Assembly (NCBI GenBank): GCA_965247095.1
Contig: OZ251997.1
Coordinates: 2,368,001 to 2,432,000 of the forward strand
Direction: 5' to 3'
Origin: Candidatus Multivorans sp.
GTDB taxonomy: Bacteria > Acidobacteriota > Thermoanaerobaculia > Multivoradales > Multivoraceae
DNA length: 64,000 nucleotides
Numbering within the stretch: position 1 is the first letter of the stretch; every line of letters begins with the position of its first letter. The notes beneath the pieces were generated by a model. That model saw only the letters and a list, made by a program, of their open reading frames with translations. It did not search any database and was not told the DNA's origin. The translations under genes and the position numbers were made by a program. Shown here one piece after another: positions 46,847 to 56,543 of this stretch.

Positions 46847-48051
46847 ACGAGTTCGTCGAGCGTCAGATGAAGCTGACCTGGCGCGAACCCAGGCCAAGCT
46901 ACGACGTCGTGATCGTCGGCGCCGGCGGCCACGGCCTCGCCACCGCGTACTACCTGGCGACTCGACATGGAATCACGAACGTCGGGGTCTTCGAGAGCGG
47001 CTACATCGGTCGCGGCAACTCGGGCCGCAACACGACGATCATCCGCGCCAACTACGGCATCCCGGCCGCGGTCCGCTTCTACCAGCGCAGCGTCGACCTG
47101 TACCGCGGCCTGGAAGAGGAGACGGGGCGCGGGCTGATGCACCAGCAGAAGGGCCTGCTATGGATGGCGCACACCGAAGCGGCCGCGCGGGCCGAACGGA
47201 TGCGTGCGAAGCTGAACACCGAGTTCGGCGCCGAGACCGAGTTCGTGGAGCCGCGTCGGATCCTGGAGATCTGCCCGCAGCTCGACCTCACGGGCGGCGG
47301 CCGCTGGCCTGTGCTCGGCGCCTCCTACCATCCGGCGGGCGCCACCGCCCGCCACGACCGTGTGGTCTGGGCGCTCGCGGAGGGTGCGATGGAGCGGGGC
47401 GTCCACGTCCACCAGAACACACCCGTCGAGGGCCTGCTCCTCGATGGCGAACGGGTCGTCGGCGTGCGGACCGCGGCCGGCAATGTCGCGGCCGGCGTCG
47501 TCGTCTCCGCGGTCGGCGGCCACGTCAGCCGGATCGCCGCGATGGCCGGCGTACGGCTGCCGATCCGCACCCACCGCCTGCAGGCCTTCGTCACCAACCA
47601 CTACCAACGACAGTTCCAGCCCATCGTCGCCTCCTCGGAGCTCTTCTTCTACGCCTCGCAAACCGCCCGCGGCGAGATGATCCTGGGCGCCGAGATCGAT
47701 CCGCAGCCGAGCTTCTCCTACCGCTCGAGCCACGACTTCGTGCAGCAGGTGTCGCAGCGGGCGCTGTGCCTGCTCCCCTTCATGGCCGACCTGCGCGTGC
47801 TCCGCCAGTGGACCGGCGTCTGCGACATGAGCCCCGACTACTCGCCGATCCTGGGCCCGACGGGCGTCGACGGCTTCCTCATCACGACCGGCTGGGGCAC
47901 CTGGGGGTTCAAGGCGATTCCGGTCGGCGGCGAGCAGATGGCGCAACTCATCGCGACGGGCAAGATGCCCGAACTCATCGCCCCGTTCGGGCTCGACCGC
48001 TTCGCCCGCGACCGCACGATGGCCGATCGCGGCTCGGCGGGGACGCACTGA
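46843..48051 (+). CDS. soxB: Sarcosine oxidase beta-like subunit
   Basis: GAGGHGLATAYYL, GNSGRNTTIIRANY, GWGTWGFKA. Confidence 0.9.
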   Translation: MNEFVERQMKLTWREPRPSYDVVIVGAGGHGLATAYYLATRHGITNVGVFESGYIGRGNSGRNTTIIRANYGIPAAVRFYQRSVDLYRGLEEETGRGLMHQQKGLLWMAHTEAAARAERMRAKLNTEFGAETEFVEPRRILEICPQLDLTGGGRWPVLGASYHPAGATARHDRVVWALAEGAMERGVHVHQNTPVEGLLLDGERVVGVRTAAGNVAAGVVVSAVGGHVSRIAAMAGVRLPIRTHRLQAFVTNHYQRQFQPIVASSELFFYASQTARGEMILGAEIDPQPSFSYRSSHDFVQQVSQRALCLLPFMADLRVLRQWTGVCDMSPDYSPILGPTGVDGFLITTGWGTWGFKAIPVGGEQMAQLIATGKMPELIAPFGLDRFARDRTMADRGSAGTH

Positions 48052-48053
48052 CG

Positions 48054-48302
48054 ATGAGCCTTCGCATCCCCTGCCCCAACTGCGGCGCCCGCTCGGTGCA
48101 TGAGTTCGTCCACGGCGAGATCCGGCGAGCGCCCGAGCACCTCACCGATCCCGACGAGCGCGACCTCGATCTCGCTTTCATGCACGACAACCCGGAGGGC
48201 GTCGTCACCGAACGCTGGTTCCACGCCGCCGGCTGCCGGCGCTGGTTCGAGATCCGACGCGACACGACGACCGACCGGATCGTCGAACCGGACGTATCCT
48301 GA
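48054..48302 (+). CDS. soxD: Sarcosine oxidase delta-like subunit
   Basis: IPCPNCGAR, ERWFHAAGCRRW, RDTTT. Confidence 0.9.
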   Translation: MSLRIPCPNCGARSVHEFVHGEIRRAPEHLTDPDERDLDLAFMHDNPEGVVTERWFHAAGCRRWFEIRRDTTTDRIVEPDVS

Positions 48303-48392
48303 CCGGCGGGCCAGTTCGCGGCTACAATCCAGGCCCTCCTCGAGGAAGAAGCCCTCGAAGGCGACGCCGCTTCCACCGGCGGCGGCGGCGGC

Positions 48393-48915
48393 GGCTCCGA
48401 GTAGCCGACTCCTGGGTTGCACCCGCCCGGCTTCCCGGGTCGGCCGTAAGGCTTGGATCCCTGCCGCTAGCATCGAGAGGCAGACACTCCCATGAGGGCT
48501 CAAGCCGTAGCCTCCCAGTGACCGCCTTCTTCATCTTCAGCTTTCTCGTTTCGGTGGGGTTTCTGCTGGCGATCACAATCGATTTGGCGCGTGACATCCC
48601 ACCACCGAAGAACCGCCGGTCTTTGTGGTCGTGGCGAAGTCCACGAAAGAAGCCACGGAAGCTCCGCCGTTAGGGGCAGCTTGACTGGACACGCCGGATA
48701 GCTGTCGGTGTGGCCCCCCGGTGCGCCGGGGACAGTTGCCGCATGCCCTGGCTCGTCTGAGAGGTGCGATGGTCCTACGCCGTCCAGCCCGTGCAGGGGT
48801 CTGAGGCGTCAAACTCCAGGTGGCTCGGAACGAGCGACGGCCGGCGCCCTGACAAGAACCGACGACCCACCGGAGCGAGTGGAGTGAAGCGAGCGCCAAC
48901 TCCCCCATATCCGAT
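48393..48915. mobile_element. Non-coding segment resembling IS110-family ends with no transposase (tentative)
   Basis: No credible ORF and many short hairpins. Similarity to IS110 non-coding ends is from memory and unverified. Confidence 0.35.
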
Positions 48916-48921
48916 CAAGCG

Positions 48922-48994
48922 CGAACCCGGGTGGCGCGATCCGCGCCACCCGCGAACCAGTCCGTGCGCCCGTCATCGGGCGCACGGATGGCGC
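48922..48994. repeat. Composite REP-like element (partial)
   Basis: GGGTGGCGCG/CGCGCCACCC and TCCGTGCGCCCG/CGGGCGCACGGA hairpins, as at 1558. Confidence 0.8.
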
Positions 48995-49111
48995 GGCACC
49001 TGGAGGTTGACCCCTCAGGCCCCGGAACGGGCGGGTGCAACCTCCAGCCGCGGCCACAGCCCACTCCACCGGCTGCTATGGTCGGCCGCTCAACTCTCTG
49101 GAGAACAATCG

Positions 49112-49600
49112 ATGCGCCGCACTCTCTTCGTTCTGTTGATCGCTATTCTTCTGTCCGTGACTGCCGTCGTCGCCGACGACCACGGACCGAAGGTCGCCGA
49201 CCTGGCCTGGATGACCGGGACCTGGAGCGGCGCGATGGGCGGGGCCGGTTCCCTGGAAGAGAACTGGGCGACTCCCACGAACGGTTCGATGGCGGCGCTG
49301 GTGCGCGGCTTCTCGCCTGACGGCACCACGAACATGATCGAGCTGATCTCGATCGAGGAAGAGGACGACTCCCTGGTGCTGCGCCTCAAGCAGTGGAACC
49401 CGGGCATGACGCCGCGCGCCGAGGGCTTCCAAGTCATGAAGCTCGTCGAGTCGAAAGACCGGATGGTCAAGTTCGAGAACACGGGCGAAGGCGGTCTGGC
49501 CAAGCTCGGCTACAGCCGGCCTGCCGACGACAAGTTCGTGATCTCGATCGAGCTGCCCAACGGCCAGGCGATCGACATCCCGCTCGACGCGGCCAAGTAA
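49112..49600 (+). CDS. Exported protein, DUF6265-like
   Basis: Signal peptide, DLAWMTGTW, LEENW, KFEN. Confidence 0.75.
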   Translation: MRRTLFVLLIAILLSVTAVVADDHGPKVADLAWMTGTWSGAMGGAGSLEENWATPTNGSMAALVRGFSPDGTTNMIELISIEEEDDSLVLRLKQWNPGMTPRAEGFQVMKLVESKDRMVKFENTGEGGLAKLGYSRPADDKFVISIELPNGQAIDIPLDAAK

Positions 49601-49610
49601 CGTCGGCCCG

Positions 49611-50291
49611 GTGGCGATAAGCCGGCTGGTACCGCTGGCGTCCGCGGCGCTTCTCGTCGCGGGGGTCGACCTGCTCGCGGGCGCCGGCATCGCCGCCGCC
49701 CAGCGGAAGCCGGCCAGCCCGGCGGGCTCGGCCGCGGCCCAGATCGGCGGCCTTTTCGATCCCCGCTCCGGCTACGTCAACGGCGGCTGGATCGAGGTCG
49801 AGTTCGGCCGGCCGCTGCGGCGCGGCCGGGACATCTTCGGACCGCCGGACTTCATCGCGTTCCTGAACGACGGCGCCCCGGTGTGGCGTGCCGGAGCGAA
49901 CTACACGACACGGCTGATCACGGAGCTGCCGCTCGTCATCGCCGATGTGCGCCTCGAGCCCGGCGAGTACACGATGTTCATCCAGGTCGGCCCGGAACGG
50001 TGGATTCTGATCATCTCGAAGTGGCCGGCACAGGAGACCTACGACTACCAGGAACGGGAGGCGCTGTTCGGCGCCTACGGCTACACCCCGGACCGAGACG
50101 TGCTCCGCACCGACATGACGCTCCAGCCCCTGCCCATCTCCTTCGAGCAGTTGTCGTGGCAGTTCCTGGACGTGACCCCGGAAGGCGGCCGGTTGGCACT
50201 CCTCTGGGACCGGCAGATGGCCTCCGTGCCGTTCCAGGTCGCGGGCCCGGCAGACGAAGGCGCAGCCCCGCCTGAGGAGGGCAATCCATGA
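49611..50291 (+). CDS. DUF2911-like exported protein
   Basis: ASP, FGRPLRRGRDIFG, VWRAGANYTT, GEYTMF. Confidence 0.8.
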   Translation: MAISRLVPLASAALLVAGVDLLAGAGIAAAQRKPASPAGSAAAQIGGLFDPRSGYVNGGWIEVEFGRPLRRGRDIFGPPDFIAFLNDGAPVWRAGANYTTRLITELPLVIADVRLEPGEYTMFIQVGPERWILIISKWPAQETYDYQEREALFGAYGYTPDRDVLRTDMTLQPLPISFEQLSWQFLDVTPEGGRLALLWDRQMASVPFQVAGPADEGAAPPEEGNP

Positions 50292-50731
50292 GTAAGTCGG
50301 CGGCTACGGTTCAGAGAATGCACGGCCAGTGCCTGTGCGGCGCCGTGCAGTTCGAGGTCGACGTGCCGGAGCGGACCTACAGCGTCTGTCACTGCGGCAT
50401 GTGCCGGCGCTGGTCCGGCGGACCGCTCATGTCCGTTCACTGCACCGAACCCAATACCGAGTGGCTGAACGACGAGGGGCTGACCTGGTACCAGGGGACG
50501 CCCTGGGCCCAGCGAGGCTTCTGCTCCCGCTGCGGTTCGAGCCTGTTCTGGCGGCTGGCCGAACAGCCGGAGGGCATGCTGATCGTCAGCGTGGACTGTT
50601 TGGAGAACGCGGACGGGTTCCAGCTCGACCGCCACATCTACAGCGACGCCAAGCCCGACCGCTACGAGTTCGCCGACGACCGCCCGCGGGTGACGGAGGC
50701 GGAGGTGCTGAAGGAAGTGGGGCTGGGTTAG
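50288..50731 (+). CDS. GFA family protein
   Basis: GQCLCGAV, CHCGMCRR, RGFCSRCGS. Confidence 0.9.
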   Translation: MSKSAATVQRMHGQCLCGAVQFEVDVPERTYSVCHCGMCRRWSGGPLMSVHCTEPNTEWLNDEGLTWYQGTPWAQRGFCSRCGSSLFWRLAEQPEGMLIVSVDCLENADGFQLDRHIYSDAKPDRYEFADDRPRVTEAEVLKEVGLG

Positions 50732-50875
50732 CTCGCGGCACTCAAAGAAAAAGCAGCCGGGTGAGCTAGTGCTCAGCGGACCGCCGAGGCAGCCCTCCCA
50801 ACCGCTTCGGAGATCCTGACCGACGTGGACCACGGTTGTCAACGGCCCACGGGCACGGAGACCAATGCAGGCGCC

Positions 50876-50977
50876 GCGCCGGATGCGGGCGAGACGCCCG
50901 CGTGCCATCCGTGCGCCCGATGACGGGCGCACGGAGTGGTTCGCGTGTGGCGCGGGTCGCGCCACACGGGTTCCCAG
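50876..50977. repeat. Composite REP/BIME-like element
   Basis: Inverted near-copy of 1558-1660. Confidence 0.85.
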
Positions 50978-50999
50978 GGGTCGCCGTCCTCCGGTTCTG

Positions 51000-52142
51000 C
51001 TAGCCGCCCCCTCCGCCGCCGGTCGTCTCGGCGGCGACGGCCCGCGCCTCCTCCTCCAGCAGCCGGGCGCCGCGCATGATGTTGCCCATCGCGTAGTTGC
51101 CCTCGTGGCAGGCGTACTCGTAGACCTTGTTCGTGGTCTGCGGCCAGGTGTAGTCGCCTTTCCAGGGCTGGGTCCAGGTCGACGGATCCTCGACGGTGAA
51201 CTCGTAGTGCAGCGTATCCGCATCAAGGCGGGTGAAGCGCTCGGTGACCTGCAGGTCGCGCGACGCGGAGCCGAGTCCTGGCCGGTCGCCGAAGTTCCGG
51301 GTGCTGACGACCAGCGTGTCGCCTTCCCACCAGCCGATCGAGTCGCCGAGCCACTTGCGTACGCCCGAATCGTCGTGCTCCGAGTTCAGGCGGATGATCC
51401 GGGCGTCGTGGTTCATCTCGACCAGGATCATCACGTGGTTCTGCGTCTGCACGATCCGCTTGTGGTTGTTGTAGAGCGCCGGCAGCATCGGCGGTCCCTG
51501 AGTGGAGCCGAAGCCCATGATGCAGCGCTCGGCGTGCGGCCGCTGCTCGATGTCGTCGTACGGTCCCGGCGCGTCGGCGCCGCCTTCTGCGATCCACCAT
51601 GCCGTGCCCTTGTTGGCCCGGAACGGGGTCAGCGCCCGTCGCGAGGCCCGGCGGGCCTTGGCCGCGTCGGTCGTCGGCGGCATCCGGCCGTTCGCGGGTT
51701 CGGTGATGATCGAGGTGCGGTAGGCGCCGTCGATCGCGACCGTGCTCGTGCCGCGATCGATCCAGAAGGCGTTGTAGCCGCCGACGTTGCCGGCGCCCAG
51801 GTTCTCTCGCTGAGAGTCGTCGAAGCCGACCGGCGCCGCGCCCTCATCGGACGGAGCATCCCGGTTCGGGTCGCTCTGCTCGTTGGCCTTGGCCAGGAAA
51901 GCCTGCTCCTCCTCTTCGATCGCCTTTGCCTGGTCCGCGGTCAGGAACAGGTTGTCGCCGTACTTCGCCGGCCGCGACAGCGGCGTCAGGGTGGCGATGT
52001 TGTACACGCCTGACAGATCGGGCTTGCCGTCCGCGGTGCGAGGAATGTCGTCCTGGGCGGCGAATGCCGGGACGGCGATCAGCGCCGCCAAGACCTGGGC
52101 GAGAGCGGAGCGGAGCAACGTTGTCGAGATCGTGTTCTCCAT
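51000..52142 (-). CDS. Exported conserved hypothetical protein (paralog of 58005-59162)
   Basis: Signal peptide, DGKPDLSG, GDSIGWWEGDTLVV, YEYACHEGNY. Confidence 0.85.
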   Translation of the reverse strand: MENTISTTLLRSALAQVLAALIAVPAFAAQDDIPRTADGKPDLSGVYNIATLTPLSRPAKYGDNLFLTADQAKAIEEEEQAFLAKANEQSDPNRDAPSDEGAAPVGFDDSQRENLGAGNVGGYNAFWIDRGTSTVAIDGAYRTSIITEPANGRMPPTTDAAKARRASRRALTPFRANKGTAWWIAEGGADAPGPYDDIEQRPHAERCIMGFGSTQGPPMLPALYNNHKRIVQTQNHVMILVEMNHDARIIRLNSEHDDSGVRKWLGDSIGWWEGDTLVVSTRNFGDRPGLGSASRDLQVTERFTRLDADTLHYEFTVEDPSTWTQPWKGDYTWPQTTNKVYEYACHEGNYAMGNIMRGARLLEEEARAVAAETTGGGGGG

Positions 52143-52311
52143 CGGTGTTTCTCCAACTGTTTCGTACTGCGAATACGCTCGCAATCGTAACAGCGGAGAC
52201 GGGCAGCCGATCCTTCGCCGGCGGGCCTCTGTCCCGGAGAGCATCCCGCTATGCTCCGCTCAAACCACGGATCAGGCAGGTGCCCGTCTGCCATCGAGCG
52301 GGGAGCGTGAC

Positions 52312-54561
52312 ATGAACTCCAACCATGTACTGGGCGACGTGCAACTTGCGATCGGGGTGGCGACCGCAGCGCTTCTGGGGCTCCTGGTTTCGGGCGGCGC
52401 GCTGAGCCAGTCCGGCCCCCTGATCGAACCGGTCACCGACGCCGAGCTCGCCGCCACGCCCAACGGCGACTGGCTGAGCTTCCGAGGCAACCTGTCGGCC
52501 TGGGCCTACAGCGCGCTCGACGCGGTGAACACGGAGACGGTCGGACAGCTCGACTACGCCTGGGCGGCCCCGATGGAGGACGGACCCAACGAGGCGACGC
52601 CCCTGGTGCGTGGAGGAATCGTCTACCTGCCTCAGCCCAACGACGTGATCCACGCGCTTGACGCCAGGAGCGGCGACCTGATCTGGGAGTACCGCCGCGA
52701 GCAGAACTACCTCGATCCCGAGGGCGGGGATCCGGAGCGGCGTTTCGCCCAGGGCCTGGGCCGGATCACCCGCAACATCGCCATATGGCAGGACGGCCTG
52801 TTCGTCGCCACGATGGACGCCTTCATTATCCGCCTCGACGCGAACACCGGCGAGCTGGTGTGGGAGACCCGGGTCGGCGACAGCCGCATGGCCCACTCGT
52901 CCGGCCCGATCATCGCGGACGGCAAGGTGATCAGCGGCCGCTCCTGCAGCATGTCCGTTGACGGCGGCTGCTTCCTCGCCGCCCACGACGCGGTGGATGG
53001 CCGCGAGCTGTGGCGCTTCTACACGATTCCCCGACCCGGCGAGCCGGGCGACGAGACCTGGGGCGGCCTGCCGCTCGAACGCCGGTACCACATCGGCGCC
53101 TGGCACGTCGGCTCCTACGATCCCGAACTCGAACTCATCTATTGGGGCACCTCCGTGCCCGCTCCCTCGCCCGAGGTCCTGCGCGGCAGCGGCGCCGGTT
53201 CCCTGCTCTACTCGAACAGCACCCTGGCGCTCCGCCCCGACACGGGCGAACTGGCCTGGTACTTCCAGCATCTGCCCCGGGACAACTGGGATCTGGACCA
53301 TCCCTTCGAGCGCATCCTGGTCGATCTCGAGATGGAACCGGACGAGGAAGCGGCCTGGTCCATCAACCCGGCGCTCAAGCGCGGTGAGCGGCGCCGGGTG
53401 ATGACCGGTTTCCCCGGCAAGACCGCCATCCTCTGGACCCTGGACCGCGAGACCGGCGAGTTCCTGTGGGCGCGCGAGACCGTCTTCCAGAACGTGATCA
53501 CGCACATCGACCCGGACACCGGCGCGGTCACGGTCAACGAGGAGGTCATCCCGAAAGCCCGCGACGAGGAGTACGGCGTCGTCTGTCCGGCGGCGGCCGG
53601 CGGCAAGGACTGGCCGACCGCGGCCTACAGCCCGCTGACCGAGGCGGTCTACGCCCCTTTGCAGGACGTCTGCATGTCGCCGATCATCACCGGCACCGGC
53701 GAGGGGCCGCCCCAAGGCTATGGCATCAACTTCCGCATGCAGTTGGCGCCGGGCAAGACGACGGTCGGACGCCTGGACGCCGTTTCCGCGCGCACGGCCA
53801 AGTCCCTGTGGCGCTTCGAGGAGCCGGCCGGGATGATGTCGGTCATGACCACCGGCGGCGGTCTCGTGTTCGCCGGCAACACGAACCGGCGCTTCCGCGC
53901 CTGGGATGCCCGCACCGGCGAAGTCCTCTGGGAGACGGTGCTCGGCGGGCCCGTCACCGGCTTCCCGGTGAGCTTCGCCGTGGACGGCGAGCAGTACGTG
54001 GCGGTTCCGGCGGGCGGCGGCGATCTGTTGAGCGGTCTCTTCAACCGCTTCGCCAACCTGACCGTCCGCTCCGGCTCGAACATGCTCTACGCCTTCAAGT
54101 TGTCCGACACGGCCGGGCGCGGGCCGATCGAACAGCCGGTAGTGGCCGACGCGGACGTCGACCCGGCCGCGGCCGAACCGCCGCCCATGATCATGATCGA
54201 CGCGCCGCTGCTCGAGACGTCAGAACCGTGCGCGACTTTCGCCGCGGAGCAGGCCGAGCGCGGCGCAGCCCTCTACCAGGAACACTGCACCGAGTGCCAC
54301 GGGCCGACGCTTCGCGGCGGCACCCAGGGCGCGGCGCTCGCCGGCCGCAGCTTCACGAGCTACTGGGCGAACCGCGCCGCCAGCGGCATCTACCGGACGA
54401 TCCGCGAGACGATGCCCCAGGGCAAGGAAGGGACTATCGGCCCGCAGGCCAGCGCCGACCTCGTCGCCTTCATCCTGCGAGAGAACGGCGCCGAGGCCAC
54501 CGGCGAGTTCGGCGCGGACGTCGAAACGCTAGACGGCCAGCGCACCTGCTTCCGGCAGTAG
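52312..54561 (+). CDS. PQQ-dependent dehydrogenase with a C-terminal cytochrome c
   Basis: Beta-propeller W-motifs (ALDARSGDLIWEY), SYDPEL, DNWDLD and C-terminal CTECHG. Confidence 0.9.
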   Translation: MNSNHVLGDVQLAIGVATAALLGLLVSGGALSQSGPLIEPVTDAELAATPNGDWLSFRGNLSAWAYSALDAVNTETVGQLDYAWAAPMEDGPNEATPLVRGGIVYLPQPNDVIHALDARSGDLIWEYRREQNYLDPEGGDPERRFAQGLGRITRNIAIWQDGLFVATMDAFIIRLDANTGELVWETRVGDSRMAHSSGPIIADGKVISGRSCSMSVDGGCFLAAHDAVDGRELWRFYTIPRPGEPGDETWGGLPLERRYHIGAWHVGSYDPELELIYWGTSVPAPSPEVLRGSGAGSLLYSNSTLALRPDTGELAWYFQHLPRDNWDLDHPFERILVDLEMEPDEEAAWSINPALKRGERRRVMTGFPGKTAILWTLDRETGEFLWARETVFQNVITHIDPDTGAVTVNEEVIPKARDEEYGVVCPAAAGGKDWPTAAYSPLTEAVYAPLQDVCMSPIITGTGEGPPQGYGINFRMQLAPGKTTVGRLDAVSARTAKSLWRFEEPAGMMSVMTTGGGLVFAGNTNRRFRAWDARTGEVLWETVLGGPVTGFPVSFAVDGEQYVAVPAGGGDLLSGLFNRFANLTVRSGSNMLYAFKLSDTAGRGPIEQPVVADADVDPAAAEPPPMIMIDAPLLETSEPCATFAAEQAERGAALYQEHCTECHGPTLRGGTQGAALAGRSFTSYWANRAASGIYRTIRETMPQGKEGTIGPQASADLVAFILRENGAEATGEFGADVETLDGQRTCFRQ

Positions 54562-55641
54562 CGCCGGCTGCAGCCCGAGTCTCTCGGGAGCCCCGACGGT
54601 CGATGCATGGTCGTCGTGACCAGCCTCGTCGTCGCCGTCGTGACCATCCTCGTCATGGTCCTCGTGACCGGCCTCGTCATGGTCGTCGTGACCAGCCTCG
54701 TCATGATCGTCGTGACCAGCCTCGACATGGTCATCATGCTCCTGTTGCTCATGCTGCACACCGTGATCGTGACCATCATGCGCGTCGCCGGTGTGCGGAT
54801 GCTGATGCCAGAGGCCGAGCACCGCCATCGTGCCGATGCCGATCAGCACGAGCGCGAACTTGAGCCACCGGTCCGTGTCCCGCTCGGGCATCGGAACGTC
54901 GTCGTCACCGATCAACGCGCTCCGCACGTAGTGCGCGATCCGGTCCCGCTCCCGGGAGAGTTCGGCATCGAGCACGTCCATCACCGCCACGTAGATGAAG
55001 GTGCCGGCCGCAATCGCGTTGAAGCTGCCCTCGAACAGGATCGCTGCTCTCCCCTCGAGCACTTCTCCTGCCACGGTGCCGAGCAGGATCCCAAGCGGCG
55101 TCATGACCGAGAAGAACGCCAGCGTCTGCCATAGCGCCCGGTTGCCCGCGGCGTGGGCGGTCACGATCAGGGCGAACGCCGCAGAGCCCTTGTGGAACAG
55201 GATGCCGAACATCACGACCAGTACGGCCGCGGCTTCGGGCTGAAGACCCAGAGCCATCCCCGCGATGACCGAGTGAACCGACAGCACGATGAGCAGGACG
55301 AAGGCGTAGAAGGGCGGCCTCGTCGGCTCTCCGTCCTCCCCGAGCCTCGAGTTCCGGCCTTCCAGAACCACCCGGTCGATCAGGAGCAGCAGGCCGACCC
55401 CCAGGGCCGCGAGCAGCGGGGCCAGGGGATAGTCGACCACGCCCCGAAGCGCTTCATCGGCTTCGGGCAGCAGGTGAACGAACCCGACGCCGAGGAAGAT
55501 GCCCCCCGCGAGCGCATTCCCCAGGGAAAGGTACCGGCGGCTCGCCCGCTGCTTCGCGACCAGGATGGGAATCGCGCCGCCCACGTAGGCGATCGCCAGG
55601 ATCGCCAGGCCGGCGATGATCTTGATGGCAAGCGGGGACAT
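54529..55641 (-). CDS. ZIP-family metal transporter with a His/Asp-rich tail
   Basis: GFVHLLPEA, SVHSVIAG, LFHKGSAAF, AGTFIYV. Confidence 0.9.
   Translation of the reverse strand: MSPLAIKIIAGLAILAIAYVGGAIPILVAKQRASRRYLSLGNALAGGIFLGVGFVHLLPEADEALRGVVDYPLAPLLAALGVGLLLLIDRVVLEGRNSRLGEDGEPTRPPFYAFVLLIVLSVHSVIAGMALGLQPEAAAVLVVMFGILFHKGSAAFALIVTAHAAGNRALWQTLAFFSVMTPLGILLGTVAGEVLEGRAAILFEGSFNAIAAGTFIYVAVMDVLDAELSRERDRIAHYVRSALIGDDDVPMPERDTDRWLKFALVLIGIGTMAVLGLWHQHPHTGDAHDGHDHGVQHEQQEHDDHVEAGHDDHDEAGHDDHDEAGHEDHDEDGHDGDDEAGHDDHASTVGAPERLGLQPALLPEAGALAV
54606..54736. repeat. 24-bp tandem repeat (about 5 copies) encoding EAGHDDHD
   Basis: Unit catggtcgtcgtgaccagcctcgt with variants. Confidence 0.88.
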
Positions 55642-55684
55642 CAGGGGGTTCCTCGTCTATCGTGTCGACTATCGTGTCGACCGT

Positions 55685-56401
55685 TCAGGGTGACCCGCCG
55701 GCCGCCGCGGACTCGCGGTCTGCCCGAGACGGCGGCAGCAACTCCGGTCTCGCGTAGAAGTTCGCTTGCGTGGCCCGCACGTAGGCCGGGCGAGCGTTGA
55801 GCCGCTCCCGGTAGGCGGCAAGCCGAGGGCCGATCGGCTCCTTGTAGGCGACCGCCCAATCGAGGCAACTGCCGAGCAGGATGTCGACACCGGTGAAGCG
55901 GTCCCCGAGCAGGAACTCCCTGCCGTCGGCGAACTCGAGTTCCGCCACCGCGGACTGCTTCGCGAAGCCCTCCGACGCCGTCTGGATCGCCGCCGGCGCC
56001 TCGCCGTACAGGTGAGCGAGGTCGCGGTGCTTGCGGATGATGTAGAGGGTGTGGGCGTCGAGCTCCATCATCACGAAGAACGCCCACTGGTCGTACCGCG
56101 CCCGGGCCTCGGTGCCCGCGGCCGGCATCAGGCCATCCGGCTCGCCGTACTCCTCCGCCAGGTAGCTCACGATCGCCGCGCTCTCCGCGAGGGTGAGATC
56201 GCCGTCCTGGAGCAGCGGGATCTTCTGCCGCGGATTGAGCCGCGTGAACTCGTCGGTCTGCGTCTCGCCGGTGCGGGGACCGATCGCCCGGTGCTCGTAG
56301 TCGAGCCCCAACTCCGCCAGCGCCCAGTGCGCGCGCAGCGTCCGCGCCGTGCTGCAGCCCCAGAGCACCCGCGCTGAGGCCTTAGTCTGCTCGTCTGTCA
56401 T
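55685..56401 (-). CDS. Glutathione S-transferase
   Basis: NPRQKIPLL, ESAAIVSYL, FTGVDI. Confidence 0.9.
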   Translation of the reverse strand: MTDEQTKASARVLWGCSTARTLRAHWALAELGLDYEHRAIGPRTGETQTDEFTRLNPRQKIPLLQDGDLTLAESAAIVSYLAEEYGEPDGLMPAAGTEARARYDQWAFFVMMELDAHTLYIIRKHRDLAHLYGEAPAAIQTASEGFAKQSAVAELEFADGREFLLGDRFTGVDILLGSCLDWAVAYKEPIGPRLAAYRERLNARPAYVRATQANFYARPELLPPSRADRESAAAGGSP

Positions 56402-56543
56402 GGGGCTGACCGAGAATGTCAGAAACGGCGGGGGATGGGAACGCTATTATCCCGATTGCTGCGATGACACTCACTCAGCTATCCACGAAGTCCAACCCGC
56501 TCCCGCTCGTCCGCCGCCAGCCCTACTGAACCGAGGCAGTCTG

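Noticed and set aside
48330-48915. tmRNA, RNase P RNA, SRP RNA or group II intron
   Set aside because: Their hallmark motifs (tRNA-like ends, GAGGAAAGUCC, the SRP GGAA-loop domain, intron domain V) were not found on either strand.
54607-55134. Hydrophobic repetitive plus-strand ORF (MVVVTSLV...)
   Set aside because: Antisense of the ZIP His/Asp repeat tail.
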